Below the pieces are notes generated by a model. That model had not been told where the DNA came from. It made no database searches and saw only the letters and a list, made by a program, of their open reading frames with translations. The translations under genes and the position numbers were made by a program. A DNA stretch of 64,000 nucleotides from Candidatus Aenigmatarchaeota archaeon (GTDB lineage Archaea > Aenigmatarchaeota > Aenigmatarchaeia > QMZP01 > QMZT01), in NCBI GenBank assembly GCA_963726265.1, contig CAVSBQ010000002.1:512001-576000 (forward strand), written 5' to 3'. The first letter of the stretch is position 1. Each line of letters starts with the position of its first letter. This document shows, piece after piece, positions 8,380-17,969 of this stretch.

Positions 8380-8814
8380 ATGGAGAGAACGCTGGTCCTG
8401 ATAAAGCCTGACGGAGTCGAGCGCAACCTCATAGGCGAGATAATAAAGAGGTTCGAGGAAGGCGGCCTCAATGTCAAAAATATCAGGATGGCCACGCCAA
8501 CGAAGGATTTCGTGAAAACCCATTACGCCATGCATAGGGACAAACCCTTCTTCAGCCTGCTCATAAAATACCTGGCCGGCAGACCAGTCGTCGCGATGGT
8601 TCTCGAAGGCAAGGACGCCGTTGTCAGAGTGAGGCAAATCACCGGCGCGACCGACCCCAGCAAGGCTGAGAAGGGCACGATACGCGGCGACCTGGGCAAC
8701 GACTCGCGCGAGAAGGCTGACAGGGAGCACCGCTCGATCTACAACCTCATCCATGCTTCAGGAACGAAAGACGAAGCAGACGTCGAACTTAAGCTCTGGT
8801 TCGGGATGGTTTGA
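8380..8814 (+). CDS. ndk: Nucleoside diphosphate kinase
   Basis: MERTLVLIKPDGV, GATDP, GTIRGD, NLIHAS, terminal LWF. Confidence 0.95.
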   Translation: MERTLVLIKPDGVERNLIGEIIKRFEEGGLNVKNIRMATPTKDFVKTHYAMHRDKPFFSLLIKYLAGRPVVAMVLEGKDAVVRVRQITGATDPSKAEKGTIRGDLGNDSREKADREHRSIYNLIHASGTKDEADVELKLWFGMV

Positions 8815-8822
8815 AGCTAATT

Positions 8823-8879
8823 TTTGTAAATATGTTTACAAATAAAGCTTATAAATAGACATTTGTAAATATATTTACA
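8823..8879 (+). promoter_or_regulatory. Promoter with two palindromic operator-like sites flanking a TATA box
   Basis: TTTGTAAATATGTTTACAAA (8823-8842), TTATAAAT (8849-8856), perfect palindrome TGTAAATATATTTACA (8864-8879) ending on the A of the ATG. Confidence 0.65.
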
Positions 8880-9247
8880 TGAGACAGGACGAAATAATAA
8901 AGGAACTGATATCGCAGAATATAGCTTCTGGCATAGATAACGAAAAACTCAAAAGGTATAACGCAGCGGCATCTTCATTTTTCAAGGCGATAACCGGCAT
9001 ATGCGACATAATCATTTTCAAGAGAACTGGCCGCATTCCGGATAATCACACGGAAAGGTTTGACGCCCTCATGAAGGAATGGAAGGACATTTACGAAATC
9101 ATGAGGAACTTGTTTAGGACATACAGGGACTCGTACACAAGGTTCATTTCGGCCGAAGAGGTGAAGAGGATCAAAAATGGTATCAAAAGAATTGCCAAGC
9201 TTGGCGGAGTTGAGAAAGAGTTTGCTGAAAGTGTTCAGAAACTATGA
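8879..9247 (+). CDS. HEPN-like helical protein, putative toxin/partner
   Basis: Predominantly helical 122 aa; FFKAI..CD, GRIPDNH.ERF and YRDSY segments resemble HEPN; overlaps the downstream nucleotidyltransferase gene. Confidence 0.55.
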   Translation: MRQDEIIKELISQNIASGIDNEKLKRYNAAASSFFKAITGICDIIIFKRTGRIPDNHTERFDALMKEWKDIYEIMRNLFRTYRDSYTRFISAEEVKRIKNGIKRIAKLGGVEKEFAESVQKL

Positions 9248-9740
9248 GAAGTTTCTGTGGGACATAGTTATTTTTGGCTCTTACACCAAAGATAAGGACA
9301 AGCCAAATGACATAGATGTCGCAGCAGTTTTAAAGGATGGAAACCTGGAAATAGTGGAGAAAATATCCTCAGAAATTGATAAAATAACAGACAAAATCCA
9401 TTATAGCTGGATTTTTCTGAAGGAAATCGATAAAAACCCCTTATGGATGACCCTCATGGTCGAGGGCTTTTCTGTAAAAAGCGGTAAAAAAATCTCAGAC
9501 ATGTTCGGTTACAGGGCCGGCGTGATATTTTCATACAGCCTCGCCAAACTCGACAACAAATCCAAGTTTTCTCATGCGCTTTTCGGAAGGAACGGCAGCG
9601 AAGGCAAGATAAACGAAGTATCTGGAGAAGCGATTGCCAGAGGCGTTGTTTTTGTCCCGATTGAAAAATCGGACTCTTTCAGGGACTTCCTCAATTACTG
9701 GAAAGTGGATTACAGAATTCATAAAGTAATCGTGGTTTAG
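9177..9740 (+). CDS. Minimal nucleotidyltransferase (MNT/Pol-beta fold) with extra C-terminal domain
   Basis: DIVIFGSY...PNDIDVAAV (GS + DxD) motif. Confidence 0.8.
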   Translation: MVSKELPSLAELRKSLLKVFRNYEKFLWDIVIFGSYTKDKDKPNDIDVAAVLKDGNLEIVEKISSEIDKITDKIHYSWIFLKEIDKNPLWMTLMVEGFSVKSGKKISDMFGYRAGVIFSYSLAKLDNKSKFSHALFGRNGSEGKINEVSGEAIARGVVFVPIEKSDSFRDFLNYWKVDYRIHKVIVV

Positions 9741-9746
9741 GTCCCG

Positions 9747-9797
9747 GGCACGCAAGACGAGGCGAAGGTGGAGTTGAGGCTGTGGTTCGGAAATTAA
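9747..9797 (+). pseudogene. Second, diverged copy of the ndk 3' end
   Basis: Encodes GTQDEAKVELRLWFGN* versus ndk GTKDEADVELKLWFGMV* (8761-8814); 12 of 16 residues identical. Confidence 0.8.
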
Positions 9798-9866
9798 ATA
9801 TGCACTTCCCCGTTTTTTCTATGATTTTTTAACCTTCCGCCCCAATTAATTAACATAAATGAAAAG

Positions 9867-12815
9867 ATGGGGATAGAATTGCGGAGTCCATTAAGTATTT
9901 TTAGAAAGAAAAGTGGAGAAATACCAGATACATTGGATGCGTTGAACCTAAAAGCGACTGTAGAAAAATTCAAAAAAAAACATCCAAATTATTCAAGAGA
10001 TACAACAAAAAGATATCTTTTAAATTATGCTAATTCTTCGAAATTCCGTTCACGCGGTATTTTTATTCCAGACCAATATGTCGACGATGTTATAAATGCT
10101 GTTTATGAAAAAGAAATGTCAAGAGATGTAGCTCCAGGCGCAATTCCAATAAAAAAAGAGATGGGTGAAAAATTTAGACCCATTGGTTATCTCAGGCCAG
10201 AAAAGGGAAGGCAAAATTACGCTGTTGGTGGAGTAACAGGTATGGTTGTAGATCAAGAAGGAAAACCAGTACATGACGCGCATGTAATTGTCTATTCGTC
10301 TGTTGGACCGATAGGTTCAATGACAGGTGAAGATGGTGAATTTTTCATAGGCAACGTGCCTGCAAGCAAAATACCGTATCAACCTGGAACCCAGGCAGAA
10401 GCTTACAGGGTAGATGTTTACAAAGACTATAGTGATGAGCTGGGAGGAGCCCACAGGGCAGAAGCCCATGCAAAGGTTGTTGTTAGTGTCGGTGACGTAA
10501 ATCCAACCAGACCTGAAAGCATAAAGCTCGATATAAAAAGCGAGACAAAGGAGGAGCAGGTAACGGCTTATTTGCACGGAAAGGGCCCAAGACCAATAGG
10601 TTATAAAGGCCCGGGCGCCGGTGTCGGCAAGGCTGCCAAGCCCCTCACCCTGATATCGGAAAAAATGGGTTCGAGCGTCAAGACCGCCGTCTTCTCGCTG
10701 ATTTTGTTCGTGATAGGCATCGCCGTTTCCGCGGCGTTCGGCAGCATATGGTTCGTGCTGGGTTTCTCCTTCTGGGCGTTCCACGTCATAATACCTGACC
10801 CGGAAGCGATAAAGCTGGCGGAAAAAATCGTCAAATACAAGAAAAACCCGGAAACGGGCGAAATCGAAGAGGTGGAAAAGAAGCAGGTCATAGACAAGGA
10901 TACCGGCAAGATGGCGGGGTGGGGCAGCTATATGGCAAACCAGGAAAACAGGACCAACACCGGCCTCGCCTTCATGAAGGCCGTGAGCAAGGTCGGGATG
11001 GTCGTGTGCTTCATCGGCGGCCTTTACACGACGCAACTGCCCATGGCCAACCTCGTGCTGCTGTTCCTGGCATTCGGCTTCTATTTTTCCATGCCCGTCG
11101 AGTTCGAGCCGACCAAGCCCTATGAATTCATACTTTCCGCATGCAGGTTCCTGCTGGCGCTTTTCATAGCGTTCTTCATCTTCGGCGCGCTGGGCGGCGG
11201 CATATTCCAATCCGTCGAACTCGGCTGGCTCACGCTCGCGTTCTTTGCCGTCCTGCCGGTGGCGACTGAAAAGAAAAACCTCGCAAGAGCTATGGGCATA
11301 ATGGGAAGCGCCTCGGGCGCTAGCTATGATACGATAGACAAATTCGTATTCATGTTCATAATGATATTTTTCGGTGCTGCTGCCGGCTTCAACATGTTCG
11401 GTCTTTTCGGCGAAGGCGGCGCCTTTTTCACCGGAACGGCCGGCATAGTCTTCGGTGCGGTGTGGCTGCTGGGCGTGCTCACGGGCCTCACGACTCCCGC
11501 ATCGACAAGGCCGTGGATGGGCATCATAATACTGATGGTGGGTTTCATGGTCTTCGGCCTCGGCGTGGGCCAGCAGGCGATGGGAACCGCCCTGTTCGGC
11601 CAGTGGTGGCCTACCGTGCACAACACGGCAAACGATTTCCTTACGCCCCTGGGCGACATGTTCAGCCAGTTCCAGAACACGTTCGGCCAGAGCTTCATGC
11701 TGCTCACCAACCCCGTCGGCTACGCGCAGCAGATAACGCAGGGAAACTATGCGCAGAATGAGCTGGGTGTGACAGGCGCATACGGTCTCGAAATACGCAA
11801 GTTCGACGTCCAATCTATCTATATCGATGAACCCTTCATGATACAGATTGAGCTGGAGAACAAGGGGATATACAAGGCCAAAATCAAAAAGGTCGAGGTT
11901 CTCACCAACATAAAAGATTTCCGGATTTCCCAGGCCCCAGACGCCCTGAATAATACGGAGTCGGATGAAACCAAAATGAAAAAGGCATACGAAGACAAAT
12001 CCACTAAAAAGCAGTGGTATAGCTATACGATACCCGGCCTGGAAAATAAGAACATAGAAACTCAGGATGTCCTTCCTATTTTCATTTATGGCGAAATGAC
12101 CTGCAAAGATTTCAATAATTCTGCGTGGAAGGACTTCGGCGTTCTGGGCGGCAAGACTCATACCGTAAGGGAATACTTCATACCCTTCGTTTTAAACGTG
12201 ACTTATGATTACGAGGCGACTTCGAGCCTGCAGATAGATTTCATCTCGAACGACGAATGGAAGAGACTTTCTGCGGAAGACAACCTGAACAGGGGACCGA
12301 AAGCCTCCATAATATCGACGTCGCCGGCGAGCCTGAACCTCGGTGCCATGGACCAGCCGATAAAGGACAATTCGCCGTTCTACGTCGGCTTCAACCTGAC
12401 GACGACGTGGCCGAAGAGCACACAGGTAACAGGAGGCATCGTATACTTCTCCCTGCCCACCGATTTCACCCCCTATCCAGGCATCGTCTGCAGCGATGCG
12501 TACAAAACAACTGAAACTGACAAACAAAGGGATTCTTACAATGTCTACAAATTCAACCTCAGCAAAGGGGAATCGAATTCGAGGATTTGCAGCTATTCAA
12601 GTTTGTCAACCACGCTAACAGCTCCTAAAAAGACCTACACTGTCTTTGCGGATGCTGCTTACACGTTCTCAAGATGGGAGAGCAAGGACACGCAGTTCAA
12701 CTTCAAGGACACGTGCTGGCCCAGAGAAGATGCTGCTTCTGAATCTGGAAGCGCAGGAAGCACAGATGGGAATGAGAGCGGTAGCGGCGGGGCTGGCGCT
12801 TCAGTCCATTTTTAA
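9867..12815 (+). CDS. Large multi-pass membrane protein: N-terminal soluble region with carboxypeptidase-regulatory-like beta domain, about 10 TM segments, C-terminal Cys-containing extracellular domain
   Basis: 982-aa ORF; GMVVDQEGKPVHDAHV..TGEDGEFFIGNVP motif; central hydrophobic block; Gly/Ser tail. Confidence 0.75.
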   Translation: MGIELRSPLSIFRKKSGEIPDTLDALNLKATVEKFKKKHPNYSRDTTKRYLLNYANSSKFRSRGIFIPDQYVDDVINAVYEKEMSRDVAPGAIPIKKEMGEKFRPIGYLRPEKGRQNYAVGGVTGMVVDQEGKPVHDAHVIVYSSVGPIGSMTGEDGEFFIGNVPASKIPYQPGTQAEAYRVDVYKDYSDELGGAHRAEAHAKVVVSVGDVNPTRPESIKLDIKSETKEEQVTAYLHGKGPRPIGYKGPGAGVGKAAKPLTLISEKMGSSVKTAVFSLILFVIGIAVSAAFGSIWFVLGFSFWAFHVIIPDPEAIKLAEKIVKYKKNPETGEIEEVEKKQVIDKDTGKMAGWGSYMANQENRTNTGLAFMKAVSKVGMVVCFIGGLYTTQLPMANLVLLFLAFGFYFSMPVEFEPTKPYEFILSACRFLLALFIAFFIFGALGGGIFQSVELGWLTLAFFAVLPVATEKKNLARAMGIMGSASGASYDTIDKFVFMFIMIFFGAAAGFNMFGLFGEGGAFFTGTAGIVFGAVWLLGVLTGLTTPASTRPWMGIIILMVGFMVFGLGVGQQAMGTALFGQWWPTVHNTANDFLTPLGDMFSQFQNTFGQSFMLLTNPVGYAQQITQGNYAQNELGVTGAYGLEIRKFDVQSIYIDEPFMIQIELENKGIYKAKIKKVEVLTNIKDFRISQAPDALNNTESDETKMKKAYEDKSTKKQWYSYTIPGLENKNIETQDVLPIFIYGEMTCKDFNNSAWKDFGVLGGKTHTVREYFIPFVLNVTYDYEATSSLQIDFISNDEWKRLSAEDNLNRGPKASIISTSPASLNLGAMDQPIKDNSPFYVGFNLTTTWPKSTQVTGGIVYFSLPTDFTPYPGIVCSDAYKTTETDKQRDSYNVYKFNLSKGESNSRICSYSSLSTTLTAPKKTYTVFADAAYTFSRWESKDTQFNFKDTCWPREDAASESGSAGSTDGNESGSGGAGASVHF

Positions 12816-12826
12816 TAAAATTATTT

Positions 12827-13693
12827 CTAGACCCCAACCATCAGCCGTATCGCGTCTCTCAGGCCGGGTGCAAGGCCGAGGATGAGGATCACGATTTTCA
12901 GGAAGTTCCTGAACTCGCCTTTCTCCGAATAATGGTCGATGATGTAAAGAACTGGTATCAGAACGACGAGCTTGAGGACGAACATCGCGGCCGGGTTCGA
13001 GAGCGCGATGAGCGTGCGCGGCAGCGGGTGCTGCTCGGCGTAGCCGAAGAATGCGAGCGCAACGAATGTCGCGCTCGCGTCCAGCATGTGCGCAGAAAGT
13101 ATGCAGGAATTGTCGAGCGTGAAAATCTGCTTTATGTGTTTTAGGATTTTGAGCTGCCCGAATTTTTTGAAATCCGCTTTTTCAGAGAATTTGTATAGCA
13201 GGAGAAAAAGCGCTGTCCATAGGCCCGTTATGCCCAGTATCATGAGCATGGGTATCGGATAAAACCGGGGCAGCAGTATGAAGTTGATTATATCGAGAGC
13301 TATTCCGGCTGCGAGCATGCATTTCCAGTAAGGCAGTTTTGCGAATTTCTGGATCAGGAGCGAGCCTACGAGAACGACGAGCGCGAGCGTAAACGTTATG
13401 AAATACGAGCCCGGCGTCGGGAATACGGGCAGCGAGTAGAAGGCGCCGAGCGCGCCTGTCAGGACGCCTGCGTATGCGGCGTCATGCAGAACCCGCGTGC
13501 TAGCGCCCCATAAAACGAAGGGCAGGATGGCATAAAGGAAATGGCGGTCGATGCGGATGCTCATGCGCTTGAGAAGCCTGAAGACGAGATAAACCGCCGC
13601 GGCAAGGATGATGCCGTAGACAATCGAATTGATCGGATTGAACCAGCCATTCGAAAGTATCGGGTTCAGAAAATAGTCGTTGAGGAAGTCCAT
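12827..13693 (-). CDS. DUF63-like archaeal membrane protein
   Basis: GWFNPINSIVYG, RVLHDA, FPTPGSY, AHMLDASATF, YAEQHPL, LGLAPGLRD motifs. Confidence 0.8.
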   Translation of the reverse strand: MDFLNDYFLNPILSNGWFNPINSIVYGIILAAAVYLVFRLLKRMSIRIDRHFLYAILPFVLWGASTRVLHDAAYAGVLTGALGAFYSLPVFPTPGSYFITFTLALVVLVGSLLIQKFAKLPYWKCMLAAGIALDIINFILLPRFYPIPMLMILGITGLWTALFLLLYKFSEKADFKKFGQLKILKHIKQIFTLDNSCILSAHMLDASATFVALAFFGYAEQHPLPRTLIALSNPAAMFVLKLVVLIPVLYIIDHYSEKGEFRNFLKIVILILGLAPGLRDAIRLMVGV

Positions 13694-13765
13694 ATTTTTT
13701 ATTGGTTTGCCCTTTTATAACTTTTCGGAATTTATCAGCAAAGCCGCCTGAGCCATGCGCCTTGC

Positions 13766-14695
13766 CTAAACCGGCAGAAGGCCGCTCCTTATCAGGAACA
13801 TGAAGATTATGAATATCGCGGCCAGCATGATGAGCGAGTGCTTAGTGCCAGCGACGATCGAATTCTCGCCGAGCTGGCCAGCTATAAGGCCCATGAATAT
13901 CGCCTGTATCAGCAGGATGGTGAAGAAGAGCGAGAAGTAATAACATCCTATGCCCGACGGGACGGAGAAGGCAGAGCACATCACGTCGAAATACGCGCAT
14001 GGCAGGGGCATGTATACCTGCTCGCAGGGATTGTTGAAGGTGAATGAAAGCGGCGAAGAGATGCCGCCTGTCGCGCCCTGGCTCTGGCTCATCATTGGTA
14101 TGAGGACCATTATTATGCCTATCGAAATCGCGACGAACATGAAGAATATGCCATACATTATCATGACGTGCTGGCGGACTATCGATTTCCTCTCTTCCTC
14201 TATTTCCTTCAGCGTGATCATGTCCCTTGAAAGCGATTCCAGCGTGGCGGCGATGTTGGCGCCGGAGACGTAGGACTCCTTGAGTATGGACAGGACCTCT
14301 GTTATGAGCTTCGAGGCGCGGAAGCGCTTGCCGAATATCTCCATGGCGCGCAGGAAATGCACGCCCCAGGACAGGCGGTTGGACAGCTTCTGGACCTCGG
14401 GCGTGAGCTTGCCGTAGTTGTTCTTCGTCGTCATCTTTATGGCTTCGGAAAGCGTTATGCCCGACCTCTTGAGGCCGGCGACGTCGCGTATGAAGGCCGG
14501 GAACTCCTTCTCGACCGACTTTATCCACAGGAATTCGGTGTATTTTATCAGGAAGAGCGGGGTTATGACTATGAACAGCGCTATGACTCCGACATTCACT
14601 ATTATGCCGACATCCTGCGTGAGGAAGGCGAAAACGCTTATGAGCATGGCTGCCACGAGCAGCGAAATCCCGACAACTTTTCTTTCCTTTTCCAT
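13766..14695 (-). CDS. Type II secretion F / TadC-like pilus platform membrane protein
   Basis: EKEFPAFIRD, YGKLTPEV, SWG, GLIAGQLGE..AGTKH motifs; in operon with the secretion ATPase. Confidence 0.88.
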   Translation of the reverse strand: MEKERKVVGISLLVAAMLISVFAFLTQDVGIIVNVGVIALFIVITPLFLIKYTEFLWIKSVEKEFPAFIRDVAGLKRSGITLSEAIKMTTKNNYGKLTPEVQKLSNRLSWGVHFLRAMEIFGKRFRASKLITEVLSILKESYVSGANIAATLESLSRDMITLKEIEEERKSIVRQHVMIMYGIFFMFVAISIGIIMVLIPMMSQSQGATGGISSPLSFTFNNPCEQVYMPLPCAYFDVMCSAFSVPSGIGCYYFSLFFTILLIQAIFMGLIAGQLGENSIVAGTKHSLIMLAAIFIIFMFLIRSGLLPV

Positions 14696-14716
14696 AGCAT
14701 CACTTTTATCTCTTCT

Positions 14717-15565
14717 TCAGTCCGTCGGCGAAAGGCTCTTGAGCAGCACGAGGAATCCGGCCGATATCAGGGGTATGAAGAAGAACACCAGGAACGTCTG
14801 CACCATGAGCACGTCGCCTCCCACGAGCGGCGACATTATCGAAGACAGGACGATGAAGAACAGCGTCCCCACGATTATCAGCGTTATGTAAATCTCGGTG
14901 TAGAAGCTTATCTGCTTCGAATAGTCCTCCAGCGAGCGCCTGTAATCCGCCATGAACTCCTTTGACTTGTCCGTCATGTATTCGCCTAAATTGCCGCCTC
15001 TCCTTATTATCGAGAGCATGCCCCAGAGCAGTTCTGAGAATTTCGCGGAAGGCGTCCTGTTCGCGGCTTTCGTCAGCGCGGTCGTGGCGTCCATGCCGAG
15101 CATGTGCATGTCCCTGTATATCCTTTCGCATTCCTTTCCCACTTCTCCTCCTCTCAGCGAAACGACCTTGAACACGTCGGCAGGGTTCATCTCCGACGAG
15201 GCGACTGTCGCCATGTATATGACCGTGAACGGAAGGCTCTTGTTTATCCTGCCCTGTATGCCCTTCGCCCTCATGTTGGGATAATAATAGCCCGCGGCGA
15301 AAACCCCGGCTGCCGAAACGGATGACAAAATTATCGAAAGCGTATACGAATAGAAGGCATACGTGGTCGTGATGGTTATGTAGAACGAGCCCGCCATTAT
15401 GACCGCGGCGAAGGTTATGACTGCATACAGCATTAACGTGGAGACGTATTCCGAGACCGAGCATTTCATCCCGGCCTGCTTCAGCTGCGTGCCGAGCGTG
15501 TCGAAATAATCGGCGTAGGAATCCACTACCCTGCCGAAAAGCCTGTAGGATATCCTTTCAATCAT
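14717..15565 (-). CDS. Type II secretion F / TadB-like pilus platform membrane protein
   Basis: LKQAGM, INKSLPFTVIYMA, GEVGKE, G.D..TAL..A..TPS..F, GGNL motifs. Confidence 0.88.
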   Translation of the reverse strand: MIERISYRLFGRVVDSYADYFDTLGTQLKQAGMKCSVSEYVSTLMLYAVITFAAVIMAGSFYITITTTYAFYSYTLSIILSSVSAAGVFAAGYYYPNMRAKGIQGRINKSLPFTVIYMATVASSEMNPADVFKVVSLRGGEVGKECERIYRDMHMLGMDATTALTKAANRTPSAKFSELLWGMLSIIRRGGNLGEYMTDKSKEFMADYRRSLEDYSKQISFYTEIYITLIIVGTLFFIVLSSIMSPLVGGDVLMVQTFLVFFFIPLISAGFLVLLKSLSPTD

Positions 15566-15611
15566 ACAATTCCTTTGTTTTTTCGAAACGTAACATCCAG
15601 AACCAGCGCGT

Positions 15612-17414
15612 TCAGGTGCCTTCGACGAGGGCTATTATCCTCTCGGGGTTCGAGTAATAGCCGTTTATGATGCCCGCTACCTGCCTGTAGTCGAACATCC
15701 GCCTCTCGCGCATCCACTCCAGCACGTCTCTCCTGGTTCTCAGCTCCTCCCTGAGGCTCGCCTCGGTCAGGCCGAGCGATCTCGCGATGTGCTCGAGCAT
15801 CTGGCTCTTTTCAGACGTTTCGAATCTGTCTTCAGATGGCTTCCACCTGAATATCTCAGACGTCACCGGCTTGTCGCCTTTCACGCCCGTGACCTCAAGA
15901 ATCTGGTTAACGCGCCTCACGTAGCGGTCCCTGGATTTGACCTGCATCAGGAAGACTATGACGTCCAGGTTCTGTATCAGGCTTGCAGGAAGGCTTATGG
16001 GCGGCGTGGTAAGGCGGTCAACGAGCTGCTGCAGGTTGGCCGCATGTATGGTCGACAGGCCTGCGTGACCTGTTGCAATCTGCTGGAAGAGCACGTAGGC
16101 TTCCATGCCCCTGACCTCTCCGACTATTATGTAATCCGGTCGCTGGCGAAGCGAGGATTTCAGCAGGTCGAAAAGGCTGACTTCGCCTGCTTTCGTGCCC
16201 TCGGATATCGGGGTTCTTGCGACTTCAGGGACCCAGTGGGGATGGGGAAGGCTCAGCTCGGGCGTGTCCTCTATGGAAACGATCTTCATGCTGGGCCTTA
16301 TGAAAAGCGAGAGCGCGTTGAGGAGCGACGTCTTGCCCGACGCCGTCCCTCCGGATATCAGGAGCGACTTGCGGTTCTCAATCGCCAGCCAGAGGTATGC
16401 AAGCTGGATGGCATCCATCGTCCCGTATTCCAGCATATGCACCGGCGTGAGCGGCGCCTTGGTGAACTTGCGTATGGTGAAATTCGATCCCCGCCTCGCG
16501 ATATCCGTCCCCAGCGTTGCGTGGACTCTCGAACCGTCGGGCAGCGAGCCCTCTGCCATGGGCTCCGCGACAGAAATCGACTTGCCGCATTTCTGAGACA
16601 GCTTCATCACGAACGTGTCCAGGTCGTCAGTGTCCGAGAAAACGACGTTCGTCATCAGCGAGCCGAGCAGCTGGTGCCTGTGGTATATGTAAAGCGGTAT
16701 CCCGTCGCCATCGCAGGATACGTCTTCTATGTCCTTGTCGTGCATGAGCGGCTCTATCTTGCCCAAGCCTATTATGTCCCTCTCTATGTAGTATTTTATG
16801 ACGTCGGCCTTGGCCAGATCCATGCGCTTTATTTTTGTGATTATGTTCTTTATCTCGGCCACTAGCATTTCCTTCGCGCGGATTTCGCCGAGCCTCATGA
16901 AGTCTATGTCCAGGCGCTCCTCAAGTTCCTTTTTGACGAACTCTATGATTTCCCTGTCCTTGTCATCGATGTAGGGCTCGACGACGGAGTAAACGACCTC
17001 GTTTATGCGCGGGTCCCACTTTATCTTGGCGTAGGCATAGACTTTCTCCGCCCTGCCTGGCCTTTCCGGGATGAGCGGGTAGGTTATGTCCAGGTTCCTC
17101 AGCATGTCCTTCTCATCGCTGGATAGCGGCGTCGTGAGAGGAGTCGGTTCCTTGGAAATTTCCATCTGTATGCCCGGAGTCTCCTGGATTATTATCTTCT
17201 CGGCAATCACCGACGGGGGAATTTTCGCTTTTTCGCGGTCGGAAAAAAACCTGTCCTTCGGCGGGATGAACTGTCCATACTGACCTCTTTGCATAAGCTG
17301 TTTATGGAGCAGGTAGCCTGTCTTGAGCTTTCTTATTATTTTTTTCGCTTGCCCGCTGGGCTTCGTTTCCCTGGCTTCTGCCGCTTTTATGATTTTAAGC
17401 TTCCTGACCTTCAT
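15612..17414 (-). CDS. Type II/IV secretion (VirB11/FlaI/TadA-like) pilus assembly ATPase
   Basis: IEDVSCDG, FTIRKF, GGTASGKT, SIEDTPEL, LRQRPDYIIVGEVRG, TGH, STIHA motifs. Confidence 0.95.
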   Translation of the reverse strand: MKVRKLKIIKAAEARETKPSGQAKKIIRKLKTGYLLHKQLMQRGQYGQFIPPKDRFFSDREKAKIPPSVIAEKIIIQETPGIQMEISKEPTPLTTPLSSDEKDMLRNLDITYPLIPERPGRAEKVYAYAKIKWDPRINEVVYSVVEPYIDDKDREIIEFVKKELEERLDIDFMRLGEIRAKEMLVAEIKNIITKIKRMDLAKADVIKYYIERDIIGLGKIEPLMHDKDIEDVSCDGDGIPLYIYHRHQLLGSLMTNVVFSDTDDLDTFVMKLSQKCGKSISVAEPMAEGSLPDGSRVHATLGTDIARRGSNFTIRKFTKAPLTPVHMLEYGTMDAIQLAYLWLAIENRKSLLISGGTASGKTSLLNALSLFIRPSMKIVSIEDTPELSLPHPHWVPEVARTPISEGTKAGEVSLFDLLKSSLRQRPDYIIVGEVRGMEAYVLFQQIATGHAGLSTIHAANLQQLVDRLTTPPISLPASLIQNLDVIVFLMQVKSRDRYVRRVNQILEVTGVKGDKPVTSEIFRWKPSEDRFETSEKSQMLEHIARSLGLTEASLREELRTRRDVLEWMRERRMFDYRQVAGIINGYYSNPERIIALVEGT

Positions 17415-17481
17415 GAAAATCCGCCCCCAGCAGGCTTGCACCGTATAATATTTGATTCCGTTCTATTAAATAAGTTTACAA

Positions 17482-17504
17482 AAAGCTCTTTAGAAAAGAG
17501 CTTT
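17482..17504 (-). terminator. Perfect 10-bp hairpin followed by Ts on the minus strand (terminator or operator)
   Basis: AAAGCTCTTT-aga-AAAGAGCTTT between the pilin-like genes and the ATPase promoter region. Confidence 0.4.
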
Positions 17505-17537
17505 AGCAGAAAACGGGAGGCTTTTTAGGAAGTGGCT

Positions 17538-17969
17538 TTAGCGGCGGTCGAGGGTTACGGCGTTGCCACTCTTGTAAATAACCACCTTGCCCGTGTCGCT
17601 TATCACCATGCCGCTGAAAACGAAGCTCTGGTTGAGGCCGTAAAGCGGCGAGAAATCGCTTATGCTGCCGTCGGGTTCCGAGGTTACGTTGACACCGGTG
17701 CCGGAAAGGCTTATCTTGTAGAAATGGCCGCCTATTGTCTTGGGTATGGAAAGGATGTCCGTGGCATTCGCGTCCTCCCTGCCGCACATCTCTATGACGT
17801 TGGAAAGCATGTATTCCTTTATTTCGGTTATCTGGTTCTGCGACGTGGACGCAACGTAGTAATTCTGGTACATGGTGAAGAGCGAGAGCGAGGACATGAG
17901 TATGACGATGCCTATCGCGAAAATGAGGACCTGCTCGAAAACAATCACCTGACCCTTCCGCTTCATCAT
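17538..17969 (-). CDS. Pilin-like protein with class III signal peptide
   Basis: MMKRKG|QVIVFEQVLIFAIGIVIL: basic residues, KG|Q cleavage site, hydrophobic helix. Confidence 0.8.
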   Translation of the reverse strand: MMKRKGQVIVFEQVLIFAIGIVILMSSLSLFTMYQNYYVASTSQNQITEIKEYMLSNVIEMCGREDANATDILSIPKTIGGHFYKISLSGTGVNVTSEPDGSISDFSPLYGLNQSFVFSGMVISDTGKVVIYKSGNAVTLDRR

